This document shows, piece by piece, positions 41,341-54,767 of a stretch of 64,000 bases of DNA. The stretch comes from Paraspadella gotoi (lineage: Eukaryota; Animalia; Chaetognatha). The notes under the pieces are model-generated. The model searched no databases. It saw nothing but the letters and a program-made list of their open reading frames with translations, and had not been told where the DNA came from. The stretch is taken from assembly GCA_051294375.1 (NCBI GenBank), contig JBJCIZ010000239.1, positions 6,298,746 through 6,362,745 on the forward strand, in the 5' to 3' direction. The number at the start of each line of letters is the position of its first letter. Position 1 is the first letter of the stretch. A program made the translations under genes and the position numbers.

Positions 41341-41609
41341 CTCGTCTCTCCCATCCTGACGGCGTGAGCGAGGGCATCTCCCAGAGGCAGCCGCGTCCGC
41401 AGCCTCGAGCGCCTCGTCAAGAAGCGGACGAGATCCTCGCGTCTCCGACAGACGGCGTTGGCGAGGAACCCGCGCCCTCTAAAGTCCAAGTGGGCGGCGT
41501 CGACGACGGGGGCGTTCGTCTCCAGCGCCCTCATCGCCGATTTGGAATCGCCCGTCGAGATGAGTTCGTCAATCTCCGCTTCGAGGGACGGAGCCTCTTC
41601 GTCGGCCAT
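41341..41609 (-). CDS. TRPC-like channel, probable first coding exon (ankyrin repeats)
   Basis: Reads MADEEAPS...DFRGRGFLANAVCRRREDLVRFLT...LGDALAHAVRMG, similar to TRPC DxLGRxAL..A...GDALLxAI. Confidence 0.8.
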
Positions 41610-41828
41610 CTTGGAAAGTTAATTCAAAAGATTAAATTAAAATAAAAACAAAAATAAAAGATTTTAATGGGTTGCGCCGGTTTTTTCATATAAGATTACG
41701 TAACTGTTCAAGTACATTTATACTTTACGTACAAGTAGCGTTTAATGATTTATCACCTCTATCAATATATATATACATATTACATAATAATTACTGTATT
41801 GACTAAATAATTTCACGGCTTGACCTTC

Positions 41829-41897
<69 letters not shown>

Positions 41898-43820
41898 CAT
41901 TCATTCATTCATTCATTCATTCATTCATTCATTCATTCGTTGATCGACTTATTTTTCAGGATGTTGTCTTGTTGATTTTACCACTGTACCTTGAATGCTT
42001 GGAGAGAGCAAATCGAAAAAGCAAAACAATTATAAAAATGTATTACAATTAATTTTTTAAAAAATCATTTTTGTCATCAATACATTCTGAGACAATCATT
42101 TTTCTTTTTTTTTAAATTTATTTTGTTTTCATTTCCAAAATTTAAAAAATCAAACGGAAAAATAAATTAAGGGACGAATTAAATTTTTCTCGTTCTTTTC
42201 CTTTATTGCTAATTTGTTATCATCGTCGTCGTCGTCGTCGTCGTCGTTTTCGATATTTACTCATTTGAATTCGGTCAGGGTCACTCAACGTCACACAAAA
42301 AAGAAACAAAGGGAAAATAAATAACAATAAAAATGAAAAATATTTTTACTTTGCTCCTGTGGCGGTCAACTTGCTCAAAATAAGGTATTTATTTTTAAAT
42401 TTTAGAAATTTTTTTAAAGTTGTCGACTTCTCTCTGTTTTGTTGACGAAATGTCCAATTTTAACAATTTTGGTTCTATGATAGATATGGTTCGTTTTATT
42501 TTCTTTTCGTCGTTTGTTTGAGGTAGAAATTTAAATAGTTTGTTTATTTTAGTACTGTTTTTTGTTTACTATGTTTACTATGCCGACTATGTTATTTTGC
42601 TTGATGTGATCTGACCGTGAGAATCGCATTTTGTCTTCACTTTTCGAATATAAATGTATTTAAAATTAAGAATTAGTCTTAGAACTACTCACTAATTGCG
42701 TATGATGGTCTCACTTTAACTATCTAAGTGAGCGAGAGAAGGTTTCGTCGTGTCCCTTTGACTGTGTGGATAGCGCCCACACTCAATATGCTCAGTGGAT
42801 CTGAAAGATCACTAACCTAATCCTTAACCCTAGTATTTATCCTAATCCATAACCCGAAGGGCCTAAACTCAAATCCAATCATTTGTCCTCAAAATAAATA
42901 ATTAATAAATTAATAAATTATTATTAATACATTATTATTAATAAATTATAATTATAATTATTATTATTATTAATAAATTAATAATCAAGTTTGATTATCA
43001 ATTTAAGGTGACGTTTTGGGAAATTAAGGAATTTTGAGCCTTCATGAAACTTTTTGCTTTCTTTTTTTGGGTTTTTTCCCGTTGGGCGGGGCTGCTCTTT
43101 TTTTTAAATTTTTGGGGGGTTAAAAAGTTTCCGGCCGAAGCGACATCTCTCGGTTCCCGCCAGACATTAGAGGAAGAGCAGAGAGCCGGGCTGTGATGAT
43201 GACGAGGGAAAGAGGAAAAAAGGGAGGGAGCTCATCTTCGTCTCGTTTCAACTCTTTTAAGCTGAACTGTTACCAGTGCGTAGGGGAGGCTCCCCTCTCA
43301 CATGACTGTTTTTTGTTATTTTTTTTTTACAGCTTTTAGCCGCTTATTCACTTCTCGCGATAAATGCTTCTTCATTTTTACTGGAAACTCATTTCTCTGA
43401 TTCTTTTTTTTTTATTTTTTTTATCTATAATTACTGACGATTGCGCAATATATTGTAATTTGTAGTTTTATGCAAGTTTTACAATAATCAGTTTGACGCG
43501 TCGTATCGCGTCGTTTTTCTATAACAAAACACGTATTTATATTGAAGGTGGCGATCCATTCATTTCGTTCATCTTTTATCGTTAATTCTTTTAATTATTT
43601 TAGACCTCTGGTGCGTATAAATCTCCAGGAATGCCCTGAAGTCTAATCTTCGTTATCGCCAATTTAAGTTCCAGATGTATTAAAGGTCGATCAACCCTTT
43701 AAACTCTTTTTTTTTTCAGACCCAGGTACCTAATATTAATAAAGAAAAAGATTTATAAAATAAAATCTTTTTTGTAATAAAAAAAAAATAACTCATCGAA
43801 GTTTCCTGCTCGCCGAGACG

Positions 43821-46625
43821 ATGAATTTCGCCCGTCACGATTTGGAACGGGATTTGGCGGCGTCGTCTGCCTCGCCGTCAACGCCCTCGTTAACATCGAG
43901 CCCTATGGAATCCCGCAGCCCTCGTCTCCCGGCTCCGGCTGCGACGCCGTTCCCCGTCGGCCTTTTCTCCGCTTCGACGCCGTCGCGCGACGCCGACGAG
44001 GCGCCATCTTTCTCGGCCCGCATCGACGACGACGACAACCGTCTCCTCATCGCCGACGCCGATTTCGAAGACTCCGCGACGCCGGGTATCTCTCTCTACG
44101 AGGAAACGGCGCCGCCTTCCGTCGGCGTTTCCTTCCATTGCAGCTTTTGCTTCTCTCGATTTTCTACGAAGGGTGAAGCGGAAGTTCACGTCGCCGAAGC
44201 ACATCAAAATCTCGCCGAAGTCGTCATCGAACGTCTAGACGGAAACGTCGTCGTCGCTGAGATCGGCGCCGCCACGCCCACGCCCACAACCACACCCTCG
44301 ACCGCAACCGCGGAGATCATCCACTGCGGCGTCAACCCGGCCGCCGCCGCTGCAGTCGCCGCTATTTCACGCTCCAATCGATACACTCAAAGATTTATCT
44401 GCCGCCTTTGCGACTACAGCGCCGCCAGCAAGAAATCTCTGCAGAAGCACGTCGTGACCAAACACTCGGACGAGTTCGATCAAAACTCGCTCAACCGTCG
44501 CGAGGACAAAAACGCGGCGCTCAAAGCCGGATTGAAATCCTCCTACGCGAAGCTTCCTTTTGCTTGTAACGCTTGCGACAAGAGATTTCACAACGAGGTT
44601 GGTCTGCGCAGACACCAGCAGCTGAGTCATCGCAATTTGATGTGTTCAATTTGCGGAGAAGTTTTCGCGGCGTCGAGATATTTGTGGCGACACGGGGAGT
44701 TGGTTCACGGAGGGCTGCTGACGAGCTTAGCGTCAACGTCGTCCGAGAATAACTCCATCGAACTCGCTCCAGCGCTGGAGATTAACTCCATCGAACCTGT
44801 CGTCATTCCGGCTGAGATCAAATTTCCAAAGACTCAACATCGCGACGTCGGTTCTGAAGCGGATCCCCGCTCGCTGCCCGAGAGAAACGTTCCACTCCTT
44901 AATCAGACAAACTTGCCGCAATCCGTCTTGAACGTGGCGCAACATGTGGCCCGGCAGGTTATTCAGCAAGCCTCTCGGCAGCAATCTTCGACCATGTCGC
45001 AAGCTTCGCATGAGTTACCCTCTCAGACTCCCGCGATGCAATTGCCCATCATCAGCAGCGTGATGTCGTTGAATTCGAAGTTGGCGACGCAACCTCCGCC
45101 AATGAGCTCCAGTTTACAGCAACGTTCATCGATTCGGCAGAATAATCAGCCATTGCCGATTAATCTTCCGGAACGGCCCCAAATTAGCCTCGCACGTTAT
45201 CCTTCTTTTCAGCAGGGGACGAATCAACCTCAGCCACTGAGGATCTCGCTCGCTCCTTTTAGTAACACCAATTCCACATTGGCCAATGGTTGTGTCCGGC
45301 CTCTCTTGACTCGGGCTTTTCCCAATTCTCTTCAAAGTCAACGGCCCGTGCAGCAACAGGCAGCACCCAACTCCTTACAAAACATATTACAACTTCGTCC
45401 ACCTGTGCAAAACTTCAATCAAAATAGGTTTCAGCAAATTTTCCGGCCTTTGACCGTGCAGCAACAAAGAACTCAAATCCGTCAATCCCTTCTGCAGCCC
45501 ATGAGACTTCCTCTCCAAAATTCCGTCCAGTATCAACAGCAACAGCATCATGCGCAACTCCATAACCAACCTGCTCCACCTTCGACTTCCTTTCCTTCAG
45601 TTCGGTCCCAGTCTTACCAGGTGTTCCAGGTGAATCCAACTCGACTTCCTTCCGGCCCGACCCTTCAATCAGCTCGTCAACCTCCTCCGCTGCAGAGGCT
45701 ATCGGTGGATCCGTCGACGAGCGGTTCCGACCCGTGCAGAAGGCCGTCGCTCTCCATTTCTGGCCCGCAACTGCGGCAAATGCTGCAATGTCCGGGTATG
45801 AGCTTGCAGCTGCCGCGAACAACTGCTTCTGCTACGGCGTCGTGCGTGGCGGGGCAGTGGCGTCGAGCGTGGCGTGGTCAGCGCGGCGTCGTACGTGCGG
45901 GGCAGCGGCGTCGTCACGTGGCGGGTCAGCGGCGTCGAGCGTGGCGGGGTCAGCGGCGTCGAGCGTGGCGGGCCAGTGGTGGCGTCGAGGTGGCGGGGCC
46001 AGCGGCGTCGAGCGTGGCGGGGCAGCGGCGTCAGCCCGCCGTGGCAAGGATTATTAGCTGTGGCGTCTCGCCCTCCAGTTTCACGGACCCGCGTCGATCG
46101 CCTCGGCGTCTTTGCCCCCGGCGTCGTCAGATTCGGCGGCCAGGCGGTGTTGCCTCGACGACAGACGTTGCCGAAGGCTTTTACGGCGGAGTAGACGACG
46201 CCGACGTCATCCTCGAGGACGCCGAGGATTCCAATCCAATTCAAGACGTTTCTTCCGTCGTCGGCCCGCAGAAAGACGCCGCCCTCGTCGCCAGCGGTGC
46301 CGCCCCAGCCTCTGCAGCCGTCGCCCCAGTGGCCTTTATCCGTCGTCCCTCCGCTCAGCAGAACCAATGCCTCATTTGCGAATCTTTCTTCGACGATGAC
46401 GACAAACTTCGGGTTCACTTTCTCTCTCACGTGGAGGAAGACTCCAAAGAGTGTCTTCTCTGCGGGACCGAGTTCGAGTCGCCCGTCGCGATGCTCTCTC
46501 ACTTCGGCAAAGACCACGGAGGCTTCGAGAAGCATCGTTGCAGGTTTTGCGAGAAGACGGCCTACCTCAAGCGGTCCCTCAATGAACACATGAAGATTCA
46601 CCCGCCAGAGGAGATTCAGCTGTGA
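43821..46625 (+). CDS. C2H2 zinc-finger protein, 934 aa, with about 7 fingers and a Gln/Pro-rich centre
   Basis: Uninterrupted ATG-to-TGA ORF; CxxC...H...H fingers at CSFC, CRLC, CNAC, CSIC and a C-terminal cluster CLIC, CLLC, CRFC. Confidence 0.9.
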   Translation: MNFARHDLERDLAASSASPSTPSLTSSPMESRSPRLPAPAATPFPVGLFSASTPSRDADEAPSFSARIDDDDNRLLIADADFEDSATPGISLYEETAPPSVGVSFHCSFCFSRFSTKGEAEVHVAEAHQNLAEVVIERLDGNVVVAEIGAATPTPTTTPSTATAEIIHCGVNPAAAAAVAAISRSNRYTQRFICRLCDYSAASKKSLQKHVVTKHSDEFDQNSLNRREDKNAALKAGLKSSYAKLPFACNACDKRFHNEVGLRRHQQLSHRNLMCSICGEVFAASRYLWRHGELVHGGLLTSLASTSSENNSIELAPALEINSIEPVVIPAEIKFPKTQHRDVGSEADPRSLPERNVPLLNQTNLPQSVLNVAQHVARQVIQQASRQQSSTMSQASHELPSQTPAMQLPIISSVMSLNSKLATQPPPMSSSLQQRSSIRQNNQPLPINLPERPQISLARYPSFQQGTNQPQPLRISLAPFSNTNSTLANGCVRPLLTRAFPNSLQSQRPVQQQAAPNSLQNILQLRPPVQNFNQNRFQQIFRPLTVQQQRTQIRQSLLQPMRLPLQNSVQYQQQQHHAQLHNQPAPPSTSFPSVRSQSYQVFQVNPTRLPSGPTLQSARQPPPLQRLSVDPSTSGSDPCRRPSLSISGPQLRQMLQCPGMSLQLPRTTASATASCVAGQWRRAWRGQRGVVRAGQRRRHVAGQRRRAWRGQRRRAWRASGGVEVAGPAASSVAGQRRQPAVARIISCGVSPSSFTDPRRSPRRLCPRRRQIRRPGGVASTTDVAEGFYGGVDDADVILEDAEDSNPIQDVSSVVGPQKDAALVASGAAPASAAVAPVAFIRRPSAQQNQCLICESFFDDDDKLRVHFLSHVEEDSKECLLCGTEFESPVAMLSHFGKDHGGFEKHRCRFCEKTAYLKRSLNEHMKIHPPEEIQL
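45836..46032 (+). repeat. GC-rich minisatellite (about 23-24 bp, GCGTCGAGCGTGGCGGG..CAGCG) inside the zinc-finger ORF
   Basis: About 8 tandem units visible directly. Confidence 0.85.
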
Positions 46626-48821
46626 TTGGGGAAAAGGCGAGAGAGAAAGAGGAAGGTGGTAGAGAGGCCTATTTGTCTGGCTAATTTAGTCAGTTGACAA
46701 ATATATATATATATTGTTGTATGCTAGTTTTTGGCATAAGTTCTTTTCGACGCGTTATTTTTCTTAACATGACACTTGTATTAATTTTTATTTGTAATCT
46801 GGGCCAGAGTAGCTTATCCTTCATTTTATGTTACTTTGTTTCAAAATGTGCCGCTCTAAAAATACTCCTTCGTTTGTACATAAATTACATCATCGCAATA
46901 GTTATAAATGGTTTTTGTTGAGATGTACATTGTACAATGAAAATTTGCCATTGTTAGTCTTTGGATTTTTATTAGTCCGTTGTTTTTCTAGACTTTTGTG
47001 TTATATAAATATTTTGTTGATTTTTTTTAATTAACAGCTGAATAAAAAAAATAACCGTTTTTATATCAGCATTCTCGCTGCTCATTTTAACTACAAAGGT
47101 TGCATTGTCATAAATCGTTAACAACTTCAATTCGAGAGATTAACGCGTAACCTCAGCGGGTCAGACTGTGATTAAATTTAAAGTTTGTAATTAGCGGTAT
47201 CCGACAAAATTCAAATTTTAATAGGAACAGCATTAAACTAATCCATTATTGGTATTAATTATTGTGTTAAAATATTTTTTTTGCAAAAATGTTCCGAACC
47301 ATGAGTAATTCGCTAATTAATATTATTATATTGCTATATAATGTCAAAACAATTTTTGGATATTTTAAGTTTTTTAATTGATTCTGATAGAGCTTAAAAA
47401 GTTAAGCAAAAATATAATTACAACTTTTAAAAATTTTGATGTTTTATTATAAAATTAATAAAACTGCTAAAATCATTGGATGATGATGATGATTTTTTAA
47501 GGTTTTTCTCAATTTAAAAACCCACTTATCATCAAATATTGAAAAAAGAATTATACTTTGTGTAGATAACTTTTCATAAGCTATTTGAATCTGCTTTTAA
47601 AAAATAAAAAAATTCCAAAAAAATTTTTTGACATTTCCTATCTATAAATAAATATTAAAAAATTAATTACTAATGCTTCTTGCCATTTTAGAAAATTTTG
47701 CTCCATTGAAAGTTTTCTCAGAATGTATGAAGTTTCATTTGGAAAGGTTCCAAAATCAAACTTCTGACCCCACCCCATTGACGAAGTTTGGCTCTATTGT
47801 AATGACAAGGTAAACAGTGAAAAAAAAATTTAATTAATAAAAAACATTCAACGTTGACAAACGATACAAAACAAAACATTTAAATGGGAGTGGGCGACAT
47901 GCGGTTTAAACAACGTCAACACAACCTCAATTTTATAATTAAAAATAAATATTTCGAATACAAGCGAGTAAGATATTCAATTAGTTAAAACACGAGAAAC
48001 CGTCGAAACGCAAAAATAAAAAAAATTCCTGAATATCTCCTGTACAAACGTATGAATAAGCGCAGTCAGTGTAGTTTTATCAAAACCTTTTTTCCTCAAT
48101 GCATAATTGGCAAAATTTTACTTTCGCCGACCGTGGTTTTGGCGTCTTTTTAAAAAAATATTTAAAAATATTTATTTTTTTTAAAAACCCGGTCGGCGAA
48201 AATAAAATTATGCCACATATTAATTTAATAATAGTTCATTTGTAAGTTTCTCTGATAAAAAACGAATTCTTGCTGTCGGTTGTTGACAGCAGCCGCCGCC
48301 GCCGCTGCTGCAGCGGGTGATGGTGAAGCGAGTTGAAAATTGGGATCCAGAGTTCCGGTCTCGATGCCACATGACCCTTCAAGGTGCCAATTAAATACAT
48401 TTAAATTTTAATCATCGTGTAAAGATGCTTCAGAATTAATTAATTTCTCTTGCTCTACCTTTTGTTTCTTGAGCGTTTTTCGCCGAGATGCATCCGCCAT
48501 CTAAAGTTTCGTGCCGTAAACTAAAAATGAAAACAATCGCACTTAAATTTTTCTCCTCTGGAAATCCGGCTTGTCATTTCTTATTTATTTTATTTCTTAT
48601 TTAGTTTTTTATTTACTAATAAACATTTTTATTACTGAGCGCTTCCGGGATTTTGAATTCTGTGTCCTTCTGTCGTCGTCGCTCTCGTCGCCCTCTGAAC
48701 TCCGGGTGCCATTTGGCTCATGTATTCCATGACACTAACGAGAATGAATTAGCCCTTTGAATCAATTCGTACATATTATAATTATAAATTAACTATCTTT
48801 CATGAGTATAATAACGCTCAC

Positions 48822-48889
48822 GTGTCGTCCGGCTCGCAGTCCCTAAATCCTTTGGCGAAGGGGTTGCTAGCGATCTTCAACTGCGTGAT
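48822..48889 (-). CDS. TBX1: Tbx1/10 exon ending the T-box
   Basis: Reads [22 protein letters not shown]; partial duplicate at about 48914-48953. Confidence 0.93.
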
Positions 48890-49383
48890 CTGAAATGAAA
48901 GAGAGAGATATAACTTTGGCGAAGGGGTTGCTAGCGATCTTCAACTGCGTGATCTGAAATGAGAAATTCGTATTCAACCAAATATGAAAAATCATCCATT
49001 CATTTAACAAATAAGCTATCTTTGCCCCCGACTTTCGAACATCCCTCTAACAAGAGAATAACATTGCAGGACCGTGCCAGCTTTTAAATCAAGACTCTCT
49101 CAGAGTCTAGTTTATTCACCCCCGGAGCACTGCGCTATTCAATTATATTAATATTCTAATCACATGATGAATATTTTAATTTTAAGTCATATTGAAGATG
49201 CTTTCTTTTTCGTTGTAGTAGTGATTAAGAACGATTCGTTGCAAAAAACTTTGCAATTCTCCTAATTTTAAAGTCAAAATCCAAAGGTAAGTAAATCCTA
49301 TATTCGATAACTTTTATTTCCGAGCCGTGCTAACCCTTAGATATATAGTAAGTTAAGGTTATCACCGCCGCAATTCAACTCAC

Positions 49384-49598
49384 CCTGTGATTCTGATACG
49401 CGTGTGACGGCGATAAATTTGGTCTCGGCGAATGTGACGGTCTTGAAGTTGTCGACGCCCGCCGCTGCTGCCGCGCCGCCCGCCGCCGTCGGACGCCAGA
49501 GCAGGAGGCGCCAATGGCGAGGAGGAGGAGGAAGAGGACGGAGGGACGAAGACGATGTGAAAACGAGGCTGATATCTGTGCATCGAGTTGAGGATAAT
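49384..49598 (-). CDS. TBX1: Tbx1/10 T-box exon (duplicated at 50462-50672)
   Basis: Combining both copies gives IILNSMHRYQPRFHIVFV...DNFKTVTFAETKFIAVTAYQNHR; each copy has indels. Confidence 0.9.
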
Positions 49599-52500
49599 CT
49601 GTAGGGGGAGGGGAAATGGGGAGGGGAATTTCGGGGGAAGGAGGAGGAGAATTTGGGGAAAGGGGAAGGGGAATTGGGTGGAAGGGGAGGGGAATTGGGG
49701 GGAGGAGGGAGGGGAATTCGGGGAAAGGGGAGGGGAATTTTGGGGGGAAAGGGGAGGGGAATTGAAGGGGAAGGGGAATTTGGGTGGAAGGGGGAGGGGA
49801 ATTTAGGGAAAGGGGGAGGGTAATTTTTTTTTTTTCGTTCTTTTTCGTTCTTTCTTTCTTTCTTTCTTTCTTTCTTTTCTTTCTTTCTTTCTTTCTTCTT
49901 TCTTTCTTTCTTTCTTTCTTTCTTTTCTTTTTTCGGCCTTCGAGATTTACTCACCTGGAAGCGTCAATCACGCAGTTAATGAGGCTAAACTCTGAGGGAA
50001 TTATTCTCTCTCTCTCTCCCTATTTTCTCTCTATTTTTCTCTCTCTCATCTCTCGATATCTCCGGGTATTTTCCCAAAATGAGCCGGCAGGAACTCAANN
50101 NNNNNNNNNNNNNNNNNNNNNNNTGAAGAGGTTCGTATTCAACCAATATGAGAAATCAATCCATTCATTTACAAATAAGCTTCTTTTGCCCCCGACTTTC
50201 GAATCCCTCTCAACAAGAGAATAAATTGCAGGACCGTGTGCCAGCTTCAATATAAGACTCTTCGAGTCTAGTTTATTCACTCCCTGAGCACTCGCTTATT
50301 CAATTATTATTAATGTTCTAATCACATGATGAATAATATTTTAATTTTAAAGTCAAAATCCAAAGGTAAGTAATCCTCATTCGATAACTTTTATTTCCGA
50401 GCCGTGCTAACCACTTAGAAGTAAGGTAAGTTAAGTTATCACCGCCGGCAATTCAACTCACCCTGTGATTCTGATACGCGTGACGGCGATAAATTTGGTC
50501 TCGGGCGAATGTGACGGTCTTGAAGTTGTCGACGCCGCCGCTGCTGCCGCCGCCGCCGCCGTCGGACGCCAGAGCAGGAGGCGCCAATGGCGAGGAGGAG
50601 GAGGAAGAGGACGGAGGGACGAAGACGATGTGAAAACGAGGCTGATATCTGTTGCATCGAGTTGAGGATAATCTGTAGGGGGAGGGGAAATGGGGAGGGG
50701 AAATTTCGGGGGAGGAGGAGGAATTTGGGGAAAGGGAAGGGGATTTGGGTGGAGGGAGGGGAATTTGGGGGGAGGAGGAGGGGAATTCGGGGAAAGGGGG
50801 GAGGGGAATTTTGGGGGAGAAGGGGAGGGGAATTTGGGGAAAGGGGAAGGGGAATTTGGGTGGAAGGGAGGGGAATTTAGGGAAAGGGGGAGGGTAATTT
50901 TTTTTTTCTTCGTTCTTTCGTCTTTTCTTTTTCTTTCTTCTCCACCAATTTATCTTAACGTTCTTACGTTTCTCGTACAAATGTAAGAAAAATTCTTCCA
51001 TTATTTTCCAATACACAAGATCTAGTTTAAGTTCGATCCTTTCATTTCCATGTTTTTAAAAAAAAAGATAGTGGATTTTTTTTTGGTTAAAATATGGGGG
51101 AAGGCTGGGGCTTTTAAGTGCGGGGTTAGAATATGGGGAGTTAGCAAACAAATCAGAAAATATTATTGTGACACGTTGGTGGGCCGCCAGCTTGGCCCAC
51201 AAAGCCGTAAAAAATAATTTTTTTATATTAAAAAAAGAGAGATTTGGAGATGCGAACTCTCGACCATATAGATGACGAAAGTCGCCCTGCTGTTCGCGCC
51301 TCAAAAGCTGTTAAAAGTTTCGTTTTTTTGTAATATAAAAAAAAGAGGGTTTGGAGATGCGAACTCATCGACCATATGGATGAACGAAAGTCGCCTCACT
51401 TTACCCATTGAACAAAAAAAACAAAAGCAGATTGAGGAGTTTAAAAAACAAATCCACTAATGATATCCTTTCGTAATGTTTTATATTATTTCAGTTTGTA
51501 AATGTAATTTTCGAATAATAAGCTTCATTTCTTTTAACCTAGAGATCTGCGATTCGATGCCTATTAGGGTTGCTTTTTTCACACTAAACCCTTATATAAA
51601 TAGAAGTTTGAGCAAACATGTCGGATCTCCCTACGGATAATTTAAGTTGTATTATCGATAATTTTAATTAATCGTATTAATTTTAATTGTATAGAGTAAT
51701 GTTAATTTTATTCTAACTTATCGATCATCGAGCTCCTTAAACATTGGTGTTAAAGGACAGTTATAATATGTTTTGTATTTTATCAAAACAACAATATCCT
51801 CTATTTTATTATTATGTTCGCATTCTCTTTCTCTCTCTCACTCTCCTCTTCGGTAAGTTGGGGTAATTTCTCTTCTTCATCTCGTCCTTTAACAATTGCG
51901 ACATGTCTTTTATGCTTTTAAGATTTTTTTAACTTGCAATCATTTTTCTCACAGTTAATTAATTAATTAATTAATTAATTTAAAACATTTATTAGTAATC
52001 ATTAATATTAAGAGATTCAGTTTTTTCCCATGCGAACCATGTTCCACTGCACAATATGCCGTCAATTTAATGATTTTATATATTATAAAATTATTTTAAA
52101 AAAGCTTCAGTGCAACAGCGCCAATGAACTAAATTCAAAAAGCTACATTAAAATACGATTTAGTGTAAAAGGAAGAAATTTTAAATGAGGAAACTAGAAG
52201 TTATAAAAAAGTGTTCATATTTTGGGCACGCGCTTACATATTTAGGTCCGGAGACAGGTTGAAACTAAAAGTTTTTAAATTTTTGCTTATCAAATTTTTT
52301 TTAATTAGATTTGATAAAGCTTATAAGAAGTTAAGCAAAATATTTACAACTTTAAAAAGTTTTGTTTTATGACTAAAAATTAATAAAATATAAAATTCAT
52401 GGCAATTGATGATGATGTGTTTTTTAGGTTTATTTTCTATTTTTTAAACCATTATTGTTAAAATTTGTAAAATAAAAGTGAATAGTACTAACTTTCATTT

Positions 52501-53053
52501 AAACTTTTTAAGGCTCTACGAACCCGTTTCTTAAAAGTCAACCATTTTTTAAATTTTTTTTTGTCATTAGTATATATATTAAAAATATTTAAAAGGCTTC
52601 AGTGCAAACACCAATGAACTATTTCAAAAGATTCAAGTAAAATGTGACTCATATTTTTTTCATTTAACTCATTTCCACTCGTAGCTTTCCACCGAAACTT
52701 TATATAAGCATCGTTACACATTTTTTTACCCACACAAAAGTATTGAACTCAATCTATCAATCCAATTATGATTAATTAAAGTAGCTTATTGGTTAAATAG
52801 TAAAATATTTTAGTAAATGCACTTATGTTTTTTCCATTATCTCATTTCCACTCAGCATGCAAGACGGAAATCTCGACAAGTCGTAAAGAACGAATAGTGA
52901 GGAATTGAGGGATCAAGTCCCGTTGAATTAGTCCATTATGATTAATAAGAATATTGTTCTTTTATTTTGAATTGTAATGTAACAAAAAAACAAATATCTT
53001 CTCTCTCTCTCTCATCTCTCGTCTCTCTCTCTCCGTCTCTCTCTCTCTCTCAC

Positions 53054-53145
53054 GTGTCCGTTGTCGTCCAATGAATTGTTGGTCAGTTTTAATTTGTCGA
53101 AAGAAATGACTTGTTTCATCCACTGCGATCCTTTGGCGGGAGAAT
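53054..53145 (-). CDS. TBX1: Tbx1/10 T-box exon
   Basis: Reads [31 protein letters not shown]; CAG/GTGAG boundaries. Confidence 0.95.
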
Positions 53146-53719
53146 CTGTAAAAAAGCCTCATGAATTTGAAAAAAAGAAACCCCTTAAATAATATTTTTA
53201 ATTTCTTACGCTATACACTTAATTGTTTTCAAAATTTAACCTTAAAATTTCTAACCCCATTACTGCTGTTTCAAATCTCCGTGGAAATTTTATGGTTGTT
53301 GCCATAAAATTACTAAATATATTTCAAACGCAACGTATCACGAGATAATAAACAACGTCATACATAAACAAATAATATTGTGCTAATTCTATTGTGACTT
53401 TATCCCCCCTTTAATTATGACTATTATGACTTAAGCCCCGATTTTTCTTCTTTCTGGGGGTGCATCCTGCCCCGCAACGTCCCCGCCAACCTGCCTACAT
53501 TCCGTACCAAATCTCTAACCCGTGTGCATATCAATCCCTCCCCCAACATCCTGGGCTACCCCATATGCCCTACCCAATCTCTATATGCCCTACCCAGTAC
53601 TCACTCTTTGCGAATCCTGCCCAGCAACATCCCTCCATGCCCTACCCAGTACCCACGCTCTAACCCGGGTGCACGCAGATCCTGCCCTACCTCCCTCCAT
53701 GCCCTACCCACTCTCTAAC

Positions 53720-53901
53720 CCGGATGCATGTGAATCCTGCCCGGCATGTGTGGGTCCGCCTTTCCGGCCACAACCCAAGACGATGAGTGAAAGGCGTAGC
53801 GGTAGCGTTTGTCGTCGAGCGGCTTGAAGTCCATCATCAACATGTAGTCGGCTGAAGGGTCCAGGCCGAAGAGCTTGACTTGGAAGGTGGGGAACATGCG
53901 C
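53720..53901 (-). CDS. TBX1: Tbx1/10 T-box exon
   Basis: Reads [60 protein letters not shown]; [14 protein letters not shown] is diagnostic of Tbx1/10. Confidence 0.96.
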
Positions 53902-54091
53902 CTGGTGGTTGGTTCGTTTGTGGGGAGGGAAGGTGGCTTTAAAATTTTAGGCTCTCTTTTCCAAAAGCGACCAAAACTCATAACCCATAATCTATTAAAT
54001 CTACGAACGAATATTTCATTCAATCTAATCAATCAATCAATCAATCAATTAAATCTATAATCATAAGATTCTTTCAATCCAATTGAATCAC

Positions 54092-54321
54092 CGTCCCGCC
54101 TTAGTGACGATCATCTCCGTTCCCAGTTCATTAAATTCGCTCCAGAGGGCGCGCATCTCCAGCGTCGCTTTGACTCCAGCGACTTTGGGGTGAAGGAGCT
54201 TTTTGTCGGCGCAAGGTGAGGAAGAGGAGCGAGGGGAGGAAGAGGAGGAGGGAGGGGAGGAAGGGGCTGAAGTAGGGGGTGGAAAGAGTTGCGGGGGGAC
54301 AAAGGGGGTACGGATATTCAT
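54092..54321 (-). CDS. TBX1: Tbx1/10 exon starting the T-box (5' boundary uncertain)
   Basis: Reads ...[34 protein letters not shown]; its phase joins the next exon to give AGRRMFP. Confidence 0.92.
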
Positions 54322-54767
54322 AAATGCTTATTTTTGCCCTTCTTTTCCGATAGCGCTTTATTTCAGACGAAATTTTGAATTAACGTTAATTTTGAAATTA
54401 GGTTTAAATATTAGGCATTGAGGATAAGGATTAAGTAATTGATTAAGGTCAAGATCTAGGTTAGGGATTAGGTTCTGGATTGCGGTTAAGGAATAGGTTA
54501 GGGATTAAGAATAAAAATCAGATTAGTAATTAAGTTTTTGTAAAATTGAGCTTAGAATTTGGGTTATGAATTAGGTTAAAGTTAAGGATTAGGGTTGGGA
54601 ATCATATTAAGTATTTGGAAAAAAAAATTTTAATTAAATGATAATGTATGGCAACAGCCGGGTTGCCTGTGTGGCAAGCTCTGAGAGTTGAGCCACAGCT
54701 TGACGGAGGGCGTTGTCACAAAGAGCACTGGTTCTAAAGAGTTCAAGTAATAATGGGGCATCTCACT

